Counted from the first letter of the stretch, positions 46,379 to 60,839 are shown. The stretch: 64,000 nucleotides of DNA from Klebsormidium nitens (GCA_000708835.1 DF236967.1:1-64000), one strand, 5' to 3'. The notes: generated by a model not told the origin, from the letters alone. Program-made: numbers and translations.

Positions 46379-49300
46379 ATGGCGTCCCCTTGGCAGTCCC
46401 CAGGTGGCATTACCAGCCCCTGGGGCACAATGGTGGCCGGCCCTGAGGGCAAGCTGCGGAGTTTCCTGGAGGCAGATGGTGTTCTCCAAGATGTGGAGGT
46501 GGCAGGGCGAGCGGTTAGCGAAGCGCTAGAGCGGGACGTGCAAGCGTCAGGACTGGACCTGGCTGATGCACTTGATCCTTCCAGACTCCCTTTGAACCCT
46601 TACTCGACACAGCCCAAAGATGTGAGGACTCTTTCATTGTTTGTTGCTCAAAAACATCTGTTTTCAATGGTCAACAATAGCAGCGCTGCAGGAGGAACTA
46701 GTGGCACTGCACCAGCCAGCCTCGTAATGTTTCAGATATCTTTTGGAATGTGATTGTCATGTGCCTGTGCTTTGTGCTTCAATTGGTTCTGTTGACTTTA
46801 TGCAGACTCCTGTGTTCTGATCGACCTACATTATGCTGGTATGCGGTACAAGTTTCACCTAGTTTGTGCACCAGATTAGTTAGAGTGTAATCTACGTTAA
46901 CTCAGAATTCATTGATGCGCAGTGGCCGCCACCAGTGGACATTGCCAGTGCGCATGAGCTGCCCCCGGTTTTGATTGAGCGGTACACTGCTGCGGGGGGC
47001 CAAGGCACGGCGCTATGCGGCATATTCCCGCAGCTAAGACGCGCATGGGCCACAGTGGACAACTCACTTTTTCTATGGAGTGTCGATCGATGGTGAGAGC
47101 GCGAGCGTGGGCACTGTCTTCAGCACCGGATGCAAGATGGTGCCAGGCTCCTCGTGTGGCAAAGTCTACCTGAGACTGTCCATGTTGCTTGGGCGAGCAA
47201 GATGATTCTTACACTTGTGCTGGTAGCCTTTGCCAGACACATGACATGCTGTTGGGATCTAGCCAATCGTCTTCAAATCTCTTATTTCACTACGTCCTTC
47301 ATACGTATTTCCACCACCACCTGAGTGATGAGTGTCATTTGAGCCCCGAGCCCCTTATTTCCCAAGACGCACCCTCCTAAGACATGTCAGCAACCGTTCT
47401 GAGTGCAGGGATGGGACCTATATTGAGTACAGTGGCGAGGAGCAGGCCATCTGTGCGGTGGGGCTGACCAAGCCCAAGCCCGGGGTCTTCATCGAGGCTA
47501 TCCAGTACCTGCTGGTCCTGGCAACTCCTGTCGAGGTGAGTTGCTGCGCAAGCTGATTGCTGGCAAGCCTCAGAAGGGGACGCTCCGCTCTCGGCCCTGT
47601 GTTTGTTGGTGCATGTCTCATACCCATGAGCTTGATGAGTCCACTTTCCTGGGCAAAAGCCCAAGTGACGACCAGCTGCAGGGCGCCGGTATATTAGATT
47701 GTGTGTATCCAAGTTTGCAATCTTGTCCGAGTCACCATTTAAGAAATGGCTCTGTTCTTGTCGCAAAAGGATTCTCTTCCGCCCTCAGATTATTCTGTTG
47801 GGGGTCTGCCTCGGCCCCGGCGGCGGCGCTCCCCGCCCCTCCGACGACCTGACCCTGCAACCCCTCCCCGAGTACACCGTCTCTTCCGACGGCGTCACTA
47901 TGTGCTGCATCACGGCCAGCGAGGACGGCCGCATCTTCATGGGGGGGCGGGACGGCCAACTGCACGAGCTGCTTTACAGCACAGGGAGTGGATGGCAGAA
48001 GCGGTGCCAGAAGGTGACGCACGCGGGGGGGTTGGCCAACGTGCTGGCCAGATGGGTGGTGCCGAGCGTGTTCAGGCGAGTCTTTCCATCCAACGGTTCA
48101 TTATCTGCAATATTCTACTAATTTAGCCGAATTGATGGATCCAGGAAGGCTTTGAGAACATAATTTCCAAAGCCTTCTCGAAAGAGATGAGATGCAAGAG
48201 CCGAACATCCTTTGCGAGGTTAGGATGAAGCTCAAGTCTGATCTGACTTTCTAAAAATCAGTCCCTCCCTCATTGCTTGCTGAGAAACATTTGGTTCTTC
48301 GAAACCTTGCTTTCCAAGCCCGCATAGCTGCTCCTTCCAGTGATTTCCAGCCCACTGCCAGATCTTTCCGTCTTCATCTGCCATCTGCCAATCCACCCAA
48401 ACGAAAGCTCTCCCGAACCTCTGCTCAATTTGTGTATCCCCAGGTTCGGCACGCCGGACCCCCTGGTAGAGCTCGCCCTCGACGAGGAGCGCCACATTCT
48501 GTACGGACGCACGCAGGCGTCGCGCGTCCAGGTGTTCGATATCGGCCGGGACGGCCGAAGCGCCCCCAACAAAGTGGCCGAGGACGCAACCATCGGGGAG
48601 AGGGGCCTGGGAGGAGACGGGGGCGCGCGCGGCAGGTTGGGCGCAAAGAGGGCGATCGTGAGCATTGCGACGGTGACAACGGCAGAGTCGCAGAGGATTC
48701 AGCTGGTGGCGACAGCGATTGATGGAAGGAGGATTTACCTGAGTACGGTGCCGGCGGCCAGGGTGGGAGCTGAAACTTCGCAGCAGGTGTGTACGGATCT
48801 GGGGCACTGGATCCTGGGTCCTTGTATCAGCTGCATGCTGGTTTTGGCGGTTGTACAAGAGTGAAGGGCGTTGATTTGAGAAACTTGTCTGCTTTTGACC
48901 TGGAAACTTCCAATTCCGCAATAAAACAGAAGCGTCAGCAATTCCGGAACTCGCACAGCCTCGCTGGTACACCTCCCCCGACAGCAATCCGTCTCCTTGG
49001 CTTCTGAAACACCCCACCCGTCCCCTTTGCGTGCCTTCAGGACGGTCGGCCGTCCACGCTGTCAGTCGTGACCACCCGGCAGGGCCCTCCCGCTCCGCCC
49101 GGCCCCGGTCTCGGTTTCACGGGCCAGTCTACGAGTGGCGTCAAGGCCGAAGCCGCGCACTACTCCAGCGGGCTCTTCCTCCTCTCCGACGCGTCCCAGG
49201 AGGACTCGTCTCGCCTGATCATCTGCACCCGCGACAACACAATCTCGTCCCAGGGGGGGGGGTTCGCGTACCCCCGCACCCCGGGGGGATTGCGCGAAGT

Positions 49301-52300
49301 GTTGAGTGTCCTTCCGGTAGAGGGGCGCACGCTTGCGACGGCCGACGAGCTTCCTCCCCCGGAAGTCGTGTCCATTCTGGAAGCGGGGGGCTTGGTGAAC
49401 GGGACTTCTACCCCCCGGGTCGGTGAGCTGACGCGCGCACGGCGGCTGTGGGCCGGGGGTGAGCTGGCGACGCAGCACGTGTTGCCGCGGCGGAAGGCGG
49501 TGGTGGTTAGCTCGACCGGGACGCTGCGGTTAGTGGTTAACCGGCCAGTGGACGTGCTGCGGCGGCTGCTGGAGGGGCAGAGCGCTTATACCACCCTTCG
49601 GGAGTTCTTCGTGCGGTATGGCACGGGGGAAGCGGCTGCGATGTGTTTGTTGCTCGCGGCTGGGCTTGCTGGGGATGGAGAGACGCCAGCGCCAGCAGGT
49701 GAGCGGGAAGTTGGCGGAAATTGAATCAGTGGAACTTAGCAGAGTTTGACAGGCGGTGTCCTTAGACCCTTGTGGCTGCGATGCTGGGGATTGGGCTGAT
49801 GCGCCATTTGCCTCGAAAAAGCCGGCCGCTTTGTAACGGGAACATGTGATGCGACACATGCGCCACTTGCGCGTGCCGCGCCAGCCAGACCGAATGCTCG
49901 TTCTGTTCCCTTTTTCCCCTCGTAGAGCAACATTCTGAAGAGCCGATCCCACAAGCGAGCTTGCCTTTAGGTGTCGTTTCGCCACCTACACAAACCGTTA
50001 TATCATCTCTGCCTAATCCTTTATTGTTGACGATGATCCAGCCGTTGCTGAGCGCGCGGCGGAGGCATTTGAGGACCCGAACCTAGTGGACGTGCCAAAG
50101 GTGAAGGAAGACGGGCTCGGAACAAGCGGCGGCGGCGGGGGCAGTTCGTTCGACATGGGCCGTGCGATTTCCGAGCCTGTGCTGCAGTTCTCAGCGGCGT
50201 ACGAGGGGCTGTGCCTGGTGTCGGCGCGCTTGTTGAAGCCCGTGTGGCGACAACCCGTGGTCGTAGATCGAGGTGAGCGGGGAGCACGCTTTGTTTGGGA
50301 ATTTCAATTCGTCTTCCTGGTCCAAGAGTATGGCGCTGGGGACTTTCGAGTGGTTGGAAGTTCATTCAAATGAGATTTCGAGGCGAGGGGTGATTGCGAA
50401 GGAGATTCTGGAGCTAGGGATTCGAAATGTGGTTCATGGTCTCTAACGTTGTGAACGTCGCTGGAATTGTCGTCACTGCGATCCAACTCGAGCATGACGC
50501 CTTTACTGACATGTGTAAAGCCCATACGGTTGGTTTTTGCTTAAAGACAAGAAAAGACTGCGTTCAACGGAGAAATAGTTTCCGACTCTTCAGTAACGAA
50601 AAGACTTCCAAATAACCAGTCGCATCCAGAAGTCTCTTAACTTGGGTCAGGCCTCTCTGCCCCAGAGCCGTCCGCCAGAGCTTTCGTGTCTCCCGTTCCC
50701 GGCATGCCTTCCTGCAACGCCTAGACACCTTCGTTTACCATACTTTGACGTCTCATTACTCGCAATTGCATTCCATTCCACAGGCGGAATCATCGCTTCC
50801 CGCCTCCCGCCGGCCGCCCTGCACGCCCTCGAGAGCAAAATCCGCTCCTTGGAGCAGTTCCTGCGCAGCCGGCGCAACCACCGCAGGGGGTTCTACGCGC
50901 GGGTCGCGGGCGGCCCCCACCGCACGGGATACGGGCCCAGCAGCCCCTTAGTGGGGCAAGCGCTCAACTTCGACGGCGTCGGTCCGAGCGGTTCGGGGGT
51001 GATGGCCTGGGAGCCAACTCCAGCCAGGGGGGCCGCGGGCGGGGTACCGAAGCGCCCGAGGATGGCGTACAGCCAGGGGGATCTGGCGGCGATGGAGGTG
51101 AGGCAAGCTGGGGGGTCCCATGAGCATCTAGCGAGCGTACAGTGTCGGGGTTGACCTGCAGAGTTGCTTTGCTTTGCTGCTTTCAATCACCCCTTCTTAC
51201 AGCCTGGCCTTGAGGATCAATCACCTTCGGTCGCAACCAGAACGATTTAGCGAGATCATAAAGTAAGAGAAATGCTTTCCTTTCTGAGAGGGAAAGTACA
51301 AACTCAAAGGAACACAGAGACACGCAAGGCGAATGACAAACACGAAAGAGGGAACGGGCAGGCCAATTTGAATCGTAGAACTTTAGAGATCGGAATAGTT
51401 GGGAAATGCATAATCGGCGGGCCCTCGTTCCAGGTGCGCGCGATGGAGTGCATGCGGCGGCTGCTGCGGCGCAGCGCGGAGGCGCTCCTGCTGCTGCGCC
51501 TGCTGGCGGAGCACAACCTGGCGCGCCTCTTGCAGAGCCTGCGCGAGGACGACCGCAAGGCGCTTGCGCAGCTCTCGTTCCAGCAGCTCGTATGCACGCC
51601 CGAGGGGGACCGCCTCGCGACGCAGCTCATTGCCGCGCTGATGCACTACTACGTGTCGGGGGTCGCGGGAGGGGGCGGGGTCGTGGAGGAACTGAGCGCG
51701 CAGCTGCGGTAAGTCGTTATTGGGTGTCGCTGACAACCTGTTGAGTCGCTGCTGTGTGCTGCGTGCAGCGTGGTCAAGGCAGTTGGAGATAGAGCAAGGG
51801 CAAACCGCTGCTAACAAAGCGGAGACCCCACTTCTAGATGATGCAGAGGAGATTGTTCACTTGAGATTCCAGTGGAAGCGGCCGAGGGAGAAGACGAGAA
51901 GAGGTCAAGTTCAGAGGGAGGACGAGAGGAGCCCGGGAATTTTCTCTGATGGAGAAAATTGCAGACAAATATTTTATGATCTAGTTCTGTCCTTTGAAAC
52001 AACTTGGTGTAGCCTGCTTGATTGACGGGTTTGTCGGTCCTTGTTGTTGGCAAAATAGCGTTTTCAGAAGCAATGCAGCTGGAGACCACCATTCCTGCTC
52101 TCGTGTCTTCCTTGCTCTTCTCCAACTACTAATCGACGCTAAGACGTGCAGCCTTGGCCTGCTTTGCGATAAATGGCATCACTCCCCGCTCACTGCAGGC
52201 AAGGGTGCCCCAGCTACTTCAACGAGGCGGACCGCGTGTTCTACCAGGCGGTGGAGAACCTGCAGCGCGCGGCTGGGACGGGCGACCCCGTGGAGCAGCG

Positions 52301-55300
52301 CGCAGTGGCGCAGGACGCCCTCCGCCAGCTGGCGCAGGTCCCCGACACGCTGGACCTCGCGCCCGTCTGCAGACGCTTCGAGGCGCTCAGGTGGGGGAAT
52401 TGAGGAGCTCGATAAAGCTCCCCTAGCAATGGGTTTTGAGATTGCCTTGGTTCCGCGTGACCGCCGCGGCTCAACTTTTCTGCTCTGCATCTGCGCCGCC
52501 CAAAAAGGTCTTAATAAACTCGTCCGTTACATTGACTGTAAGGCCGAAACTAATACAAGAACTGAGTAGCATACCGTTGGGTATCGATTTCTGAAGGTAT
52601 AGGAATCGTTTGATCTAGAACGTGACACTAATTGTTGCTTGTGTCGACTACGAAGAAAGTTCTCGAGCACTTTTTCAAAGCACTGCCGCTGCCGGTGCTC
52701 TGCTTCTCTATACGTTGCATGCTTGGCCACAACCTCTCCCGACGGGATTGAGATCTGACGTCTCGCCCTATACGCGCACCGCAGGTTCTACGAGGGCGTC
52801 GTCGAGCTGCCGCTTCGGAAAGCGCAGGCCGTCGACCCCGCGGGCGATGCGACAAATGAGCGCATCGATCCCGAGCGGCGCACCATCGCGGTTCAGGCAC
52901 GAGACGCCTGCTACCAAGTCGTAACGGACGTTTTGAAAACCGTGGTCTCCGGGAAGCCGGAGTTCGCCGCTCTGGGGGGGCGCGGGCGGCCCCAGATGCT
53001 GCCCCCTGCGACGAGGAAGGAGGACGCACGGGCGCTTGTGGGGCTGGCGATGCGGCAAGGAGACCGGCTATTCCACGAGAGGATATATCAGGTGAGACTG
53101 AGGGGGGCGTTTGCTGGTAAAGGAGAGGCGAAATCGTCTGAGTTGTACCCAAAAGCGGCCGTGCCAACTTGCGGCTTTGCGGATCAGTGGATTTCGACAT
53201 CTTAGGTCTAAGGAATTAGGGCTAGGGAGTTTCGGAGAAAGTGCTCAAAAACGAAAAACTGCTCAGATCTTCAGTAACCTGTTCCTTTCTCCCCAGGCGC
53301 TGATGGACCTGGGCATGGAGCAGGAGCTGCTGGAGCTGGCTGCGCCCGACCTGGAGATGTTCCTCCGTGCGGCTGGGGGATACAGGGCCGCCAGGACGGG
53401 ACCACGCTCCGGGGGCGCGCAGGTACGCGTTGCTCGTCTATGACGCAAAACCGAGTCCTGCCCGAAAGCTGCGAACGTGTCAGAACCGGAGCGGAGAACA
53501 GCTTGCTCTTTTGGCCGTTCCTCGATCTGGATACGCAGCGGGATCGCTGAGAGGACGTAGCAGAACCAGCTGTGCGGTGGTCAAATTAACTTGGATCGCT
53601 TATTACCCGTAGGTTTGTTGTGAGGCTGACGCGTGGTCGACACCTCTGACACTCACTGTTGATCCTAGCCGCTGAGCTCACATCGCCGTGTCCTCGTCAA
53701 TTGACGTATCCTGGTCGTGTTGTTTGGCCCCTTCCTCTTACCTGCCTTCTAAAGAGAAGGCGCGCCCTGCTGACGTCCTCGACATCTTCCCCAGGACCCC
53801 TCCGCTGGCGCCGCCCGCCAGCCCATCACGTCCGGCCAGGCGCGCTACTTGGAGCTCCTCTCCCGTTACTACGTGCACAAGCGCCACTTCGCAGCGGCCG
53901 CCCACGTGAACTTGCGGCTCGCCGAGCGCCGTCAGCCCGAGGGGGAGACGTTAGCGATAACCCTGCAAGACCGCGAGAATAATCTGAGCTCAGCGGTGCT
54001 CCAGGCGAAGAGCCAGCGGCAGGCGCCGATCGGGGGGGGCACAGCGGAAACCGCGAATCTCCTGAATTTGTTGGAGGATAAGCTGACGGTGCTCCGGTTT
54101 CAGCGGCGGATCTACGAGGAGTTGAGAATGGTGGCGGAGGGTCCGATGCCGGAAGGGGAGGATAACCCGGACCGGGTTAGGGTGACCGAGGCGGGGCGCC
54201 GCGCGGAGGAACTAGGCGCGGAGCTCAAGAACGTGACGCAGCTGTATAACGACTACGCGGTGCCGTTCCAGCTGTGGGAGACCAGCCTGGAGATCCTGCA
54301 CTTCTCTAGTTACGACGGAGACTCGGGGGTGCTGGCGCGTATGTGGGAACGGTTGATCGCACAGGGACTGGAGGCTGGGGGGATTGGGGAGGCGGCGACT
54401 CGGGTGCGGAGAGTTGGGGGGCGGCTGCGGGGGGGGGGCGGAAGGGGCCCAACGGTCCCCCTGGAGGAAGTGGCGATGCTGCTGGAGACGGCGGCCCACG
54501 AGCGGTCGCAACAGGGGCAGGAGATGGTGCGTTTGTGCGCAGCACCGTGCAGAATGAATGTGTTTGTCGCTTTCTCACATAGGATTGGTGTACGAGTTTG
54601 TTCTGCACTCAAAACAGTCTACATTTAATGAATCATTTGTTATTACCGAAAAGAGAACGAGTTTGTTCTGCACTCAAAACAGTCTACGTTTAATGAATCA
54701 TTTGTTATCACCAAAAAGAGATCTCTTTGTGAGGCGGCCACCGAGCATGACAAAACAGGTTGTTGACCGACAAAGGAGCGACTCCTTGACCATCTGCTTT
54801 TCAAACCAAAGCACAGCAGTTAACACGGATTTGCATCACCGGGACGATGGAAGAACGGTCCCTCACCGCTGACTCGCGGACTTTCTATCAGGTGCGGGAC
54901 GACGAGGTGCCGCGCGCTCTCCTCGGTTCTTCCCCGGGCAACCCCGAGCCCGTCTACCGGGCGTACGAGCGGCTGCTGGCGCGGCACGGGCCGGCCCTGG
55001 GGCAACAACCCGAGCTCAAGCTGCGGCTGCTGACGTCAGTGCTGGTGGTGCTGCGCGAGTGGGCGTCGGCCAGCCAGGCGAATGTGGGGACGGCGGAGGT
55101 GTCGGCAAAGAAGGCGCGCGGGATCATTAGCAGTGCGTGCAACAGGTGGGGCGGTCGTCCGCACGGAGTTCGAGTTTCAAGTTTGGGAGTTTTCGAGCTG
55201 GCACAATCTCTGTGCGGGCTGCCGTAAAAAGAGTTCATTTCATTTTGTTGTGCCAGCGCTTGAATGAGAACGCTGGTGACAAAGGGATTCCGGCCCTCTA

Positions 55301-55624
55301 TGCTGTCTGAGATGACGATGACCCAAAATTGCGGCACTTGAGGCAGCGACGACTGAGCAGGTTCGAATCCCTTCAGCAGAGACGATGCTTGCGAATCCAT
55401 GGCCGTGTTCACGGAAGGTTCAGTGCTGCAAGGCCCTGTGTGCCCTTCATTGTGTTTCTCACCTCTTTAAGCCTCGTGACTGACAATTTTATCCATGCAG
55501 GTTCCGAGTCGAGCTGCAAAGGGTGAGTGGGCAGCCGGAGGAGAAAGAGGCGGTGGCTCGGGGCTTCAAGGAGCTCAGCGACTCCCTGGAAACGGAGCTG
55601 CCTGACTACCGGTTGCAGTTCTGA
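46379..55624 (+). CDS. NUP155: Nuclear pore protein NUP155, multi-exon
   Basis: ELPPVLIERYTAAGGQGTALCGIFPQLRRAWATVDNSLFLW; EYSGEEQAICAVGL; VFIEAIQYLLVLATPVE; LQPLPEY; GRIFMGG; FSAAYEGLCL; FYEGVVELPL; SQLYNDYAVPF-like QLYNDYAVPFQLWE. Confidence 0.95.
54592..54721 (+). repeat. Tandem duplication, 2 x 65 bp, in a NUP155 intron
   Basis: ACGAGTTTGTTCTGCACTCAAAACAGTCTAC... starts at 54592 and again at 54657. Confidence 0.92.
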
Positions 55625-56563
55625 GGGGGGCTGTCCAGCAAGGAAGGGGTTTGGTGCAGACCTGATCTGACGTTCAGAGGTTTTGGAACCCTCGATTTTC
55701 GGGAAGTGGGACCACTTCTATCTTCGGGGACGGCGCTGGCTTTACGGCACTTTCGGCACAGAACCTTTGATTCCTACAAAACGGGTGGCTGCTTGCTGAT
55801 GTGGTCTCCCGCACGTGCAAGACTCATGTGCGAGTTTCAGCATGAGGGGCTACTTGCGATTGGTCCTTATCTTACCAGTCTGGTCGACTCGACCTTCAGC
55901 GTACCCACAGTCTTGGCATGTGCTGTTTCCAATGGCACTCTCAACGCTGCACCTCTGTCACTCCGTCTGATCGGAATTGACCAAGCGCTAGATATGCTGC
56001 ACAATGTGGTGCCGCCAGCATGCGGTGCATGTATGTACCAAACTGTTATCGAGCGGACATTTAATTTGACGAGCACACCCGATCAGTATATCATGCAGGG
56101 ATCTGAGTCGCAACAGCAAGTTCTAACGTACCATTCAAAATTTCCGTTCGCGGCAGAAGTTCCTACTCACTGAGTGTGTTGCATATGCCGCCCTGGATCG
56201 GAGCATAACCTAGCAATCATGTGATATACGTGCGATACCGTACATTTGTACTGGCAGGCCGCGCAGGCTCGCTTTTGCTTAATGCGAGTCAGATCCTGCA
56301 CCCAACGTACGGTATCTTCGACATCTGCTATATACTGCATAAGCTGCATGTGGAGCTCTAATATGCAAGATCTGAGTTGATCCAATGTAGCATCCATTGC
56401 AGCGCGGCCGCGCGGCCAATTCCGCAGTGAACAAGTTACTATACAATATATGACCCGGTATTCGATGCATGCCACATGTAGCTAGCTGATTGCTTGCGTG
56501 TCGGTCGCGGCTGTCTAGGACAGGGCCGGCCCAATGATGGATGCAGCTCGCAACGAACCTGCT

Positions 56564-56591
56564 TCTAACACCTGGCCGGCCAGGTGTTAGA
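56564..56591. repeat. Perfect 28-bp palindrome
   Basis: TCTAACACCTGGCCGGCCAGGTGTTAGA, followed at once by another CCAGGTGTTAG. Confidence 0.92.
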
Positions 56592-57619
56592 CCAGGTGTT
56601 AGGCCGTAATTAAATCGCACTTCATGCGATACTTCTCCAGCCTGCAGCTATAGAGGCCCAGTGGACATCCTCAGTAGGTACCGGAACCTGCCCCGTGTGA
56701 CGGCCGCCGGCGTCTAAAACAAGTCGGCTTACTTCTTAAATGCAGTTTGATCGATCCTGATTGTTGTTCGGCGTTCATGCGCCATGCGCCTGTATGCGAA
56801 AGCGCTCATTGATATGAAGTGACCATCCAGGACAACACGTCAAAGGGAGCTGTCTCCCAGCAGCAGCCAGTGTAAAGCTGTTCATATGGTCGATACAGTG
56901 TGGCTGTGTGATCCTTACACATGGTGGTCTTGCCACATAAGCTGCCAAAATCCAAATCTAAACAGTGATGTCGAGAAACCATCATTACCATCCTGGCTCT
57001 GATGTTTAACGGAACCTTCCCTTTTGTTTTATCTACATGCTGACCTAACGGACGAGTTCCCAGAGCCGATGACAAATCACAACACATTGCCACGCTGTTG
57101 CTGAGCTCGTATCCGTGACAAAGTCCGAAACACGGGCGACTGTTATGCCAGGTTTCTATCCGCCCATGACACAATTCTGCCTCGACGGGCTGTGGCCTCT
57201 CACTGAACAAGAATGGTTTGCAACCACCGGTTGACGAAGCGTCCTCCCAGTCTAGTGCTAGCTCTTAGCCTGCAGCAGAACAGCGTATCAGTGTTTTAAA
57301 ATACGTATTAGGATTCTGTAGAATGTCTTACACACTGGCGCTCTCGTTATGGACGCAAGATGCATTCAGAGCCGGAATGTCTGGCCGCTGGTAGCACCGG
57401 TCAAGAGTGCACGCATCCTTCGAACCGAAGTTGCGTCCATCGAACCGAAGTGAGAATGATGAATTGCTATCTCCAAGCCCTGTTGCACCAACCAACTGAC
57501 TGGATACCTACGTCAACAAGATTCTCTTGACAGACGACAGCCCAAAGTCAAAGTCGGAGGAAAGAAACCATTGCCATAACTACGAAGCATCGGCAAGCAT
57601 CTGAGAACACCAAGCTAAG

Positions 57620-60453
57620 TCAATGGACGGGAACAACAGGTAGAGAGAAAGCGCGCGAAGATGGGCGCGCGGTTCTCACGTTCTCATCCCCGCTCTCGAC
57701 CGTCTCCTGCGGCTCCTTGAGGCATGCGTCGCACATGAACACGTCCAGCTTCTTCACAGCGCTCTTGGTCAACCCCACGCACTTTAGGTGGTACCTGCAA
57801 AGCACACCAACGGATTCTTGCAACGGATTGCTTCCCCCTGTGCATAGAACAGCGCCGTTAAAGACCGATAAAGCTACGGCGCTCTTTGAGGAACGAAGCA
57901 ATCTTACGTAAATCAACGCAGGGCATAGAACGATTTTAGCGTGCTTGGCTGCAAATTCACGGTTCACTCTCCAAAAGCCGAGTGGCAAAGTAGCTGGTAT
58001 GAAGAAGAACTGCCCTCTGGCAGCATTTCGGAACATCAATCCTGGACGAGACGTGCACGATAAGAAGACTGAGCACCTAACAACCAAGAAAGCGACATCA
58101 AAACCTTCGCAGCGCGCCTTTTTGACCGGAAATGCACTCGAAAAACCTGGCAGCGCCGTTTTCGGAGCGAGACGACACCCCGCATAACTGTAGGGCCGCT
58201 TTGGAAACCGACTTGCCGACTTGGAACAGCATGCATCAGCAACGAACAGCTTTCCCTGTACACGTGGTCAGTCCCCAATCGAAAGGAAGAGTCACCAATC
58301 CTACGCTCTTTAAAAGCCCTTAAAACATTTGGAGCACTTTTTAACTTTTGCATCCCAAGTCCAACAGCAAACAAGTATGGACTCAGTACGTTGAACGAGC
58401 ACCCTCTCACCAGTCACGACACTTCTCGCACTGGACCATAGGGTCGTCCGGGTTGTAGGGCATTTCGCAGGTGCAGTACCTGCAAACCCGGAGCTAGCCG
58501 TATTCAGTCGCACAAAGGCAAAGTGTGCTTCAATGGCTTACAATGAGATTTGGGCTTGCGAATTCTGACCCCTCAAAAGGCCACAACCGAGACCAATCGA
58601 CAGCAGCAAATTAGAGGAGAAGCAACGCTTACGCTTCTGCCGTCTTGAACATAACGACTTCGACGGCTTTGATGTACGCTAACCACCCCAAAAAGCACAA
58701 CGAAAACAACTTGTGTTTCGGTGCCTTTCAAGAGACGAATTTCGAGACCTTTTTGCACCGAGGTGTGACCGCTGAACACTTCAGACGAAGAAAACGAAAG
58801 GGCCTCTCACGACACTTCTTGATGACTGTACTTGGTTGGCGTTCAAAGTATCCGGTATGTCCTAGACTGGAGACGGCGAAAGTCCCGGAGATGCGATGAA
58901 GTCGGAAATTTTGGGTGCCTTACACGGCGACTTTGTCGGGCATGAAGGACCCCGTCTTGGCCTTGTACTCGAAGCGGCAGTAGAAGTCGTCCTCGCCCAG
59001 GTCCTCCATTTGGATGTACTTCTTGAAGCCGTGCACGCGGCACTTGCCCATGATGGCCTCCGCCCACACCTCGTCGTAGTGGTCCGACAAAAACAGCTCC
59101 GCCTTCCCGTGAAACTGCGCGAGAAGGAGCGGGGTTTGGTGGTTGGGACGGACATTGCAAGCGTTCCATGTTTTTGGCGTACGTTTTGCTGGTTTGCGTG
59201 ACAAGCCTACGGAACCACAGAAGCACAAGTGCGATGGCTGCGTTAAAGGGTTCGACTGACTTGGTTGAGCATCAGTCTGCCCGTATGCTTTTGCTTGGAT
59301 ACAGTGTTTCGTTCTTTTCAGAGCCGAACATAACCTTCTACTTGTGAGGAAAGACATAGCCAGATTGTTTTGACAGGATGCCTCTCCATTGCCAAACCAA
59401 GGAAGTTGCTCATTGGAGATTTCGCAGAACACTACCCCCCAGTGCAACCCTTGGATAAGCAGTCTGTGCATGGAAAATCGAAACACTGAGTCGCTTGTAT
59501 CGCAATCAGACTCATCCCCCATTTTGCACCTTGAAAACGCAATTTCTCGAGAGCCTGAGCTCAATTTCGACACCATGAATAGGTCCACTACTGTCAGGAT
59601 GGAATCTACTCACGGCTCGCCGTCCCCCTTTTGCTTCACTCGGCCTGTAGTACCACCGCGCCTTGATCTTCTCCTGCTTCTTGCCCTCGCCGACCGTAAA
59701 CAACTTTTCTACCTTGCCGATGTACGGCAGCTCTCCCGCCTCGGGACGCATGATCACGCAATCACCCACTGCAGCACAAAAAGGAGACAGGCACTCATTG
59801 ACGCGCCACGAAAGGAAGTATTTGACTTAAAAGACAGATCGTTTGGGGGAAAGCGCGGCGACACCTCGTTTGCCAACACAACGGATGCATGTTGTTGCCA
59901 TGGAGTGGGTGTAGGCGAAACGCTGGCGGTATCAACGAAGCGTGATGAGAGCAGAAACTAGGCAGATGAGCACTGTGCATTGGATCTGACTCTGGGCTTC
60001 CTTGCCGTCCGATCTAAATGCACTCGCGAGTGCAGACGCCCACTTTAAAAGCACGAGACCTGGCTTCCAATCCAAGCTTTAATCAACTTCAAGGAACTCA
60101 GGACCAGGAGGGGGCCTATCCCTGAATCTCCTTTCGCTGTAATGAGGCCCCACTGTCCACTGCTGACTCACGCAACGCCAGGAAAAGTCTGCAGCTGCGT
60201 CAGCGCAGTCTCAACCCAACTGAGACATGAAGCAACGACCCACTCAAGAAGTGGAAGACGGGTAAACATCACAAAATTCGGCAGGCGGGGTCCCAAGTTG
60301 GTGCATTGAGTAAGTGCCAGTGAATCAGTTTACGGCTCTGCGCAATCTGGAACTCTGCGGGTACTTACCTTTCACAGTACTGTCCTCCCCCTCCTGCCCC
60401 TTGATGTGGTACTCAGGGACGTCCTTGTACTCCTTTTGTTTCTTGCCCCCCAT
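57620..60453 (-). CDS. EBS/SHL-family BAH-PHD chromatin reader, at least 5 exons (3' end uncertain)
   Basis: MGGKKQKEYK..YHIKG; VGDCVIMRP..PYIGKV..RWYYRPSEAKGGRR; FHGKAELFLSDHYD; FYCRFEYKA; YCTCEMPYNPDD.MVQCEKCRDWYHLKCVG..FMCDAC. Confidence 0.93.
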
Positions 60454-60839
60454 GCCTTTTCCCCCTTGAGGCCCCTGCCAACCAATCACAGCGTCCCCTT
60501 CAGCGCTCTGATGTAGGGCACGAGCTAGGGCTTCTGCGTTTCTGGTTCTGAGAAGGACACCTGCAACTCAGACATTGAAACAAGCCTTTTGGAATTTGGG
60601 GAGAGGGTATTGTGTACAGCAGCGCGCTCAATCTTCGGACGGCATCTTGTTGCCATGCAGCTTCGGCTGGCCGTTGGAGTCAACAATTGCTCAACCGGAC
60701 TCCGTGAATTGTGATCGAGTCCCCATAGTGCATAACTCGCTGGCAGTCCCTGGATGCGTTGCAACGAGCCACTGTGCCGCGATGGCGAGAACGAGGTTGT
60801 CAAGGCGGACGCATTGGTTCCTCTGTCTCTTCAACTAAC

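Noticed and set aside
55706-57210. Intergenic ORFs of 100-155 aa
   Set aside because: No homology cues or coding-like composition; likely UTR or intergenic.
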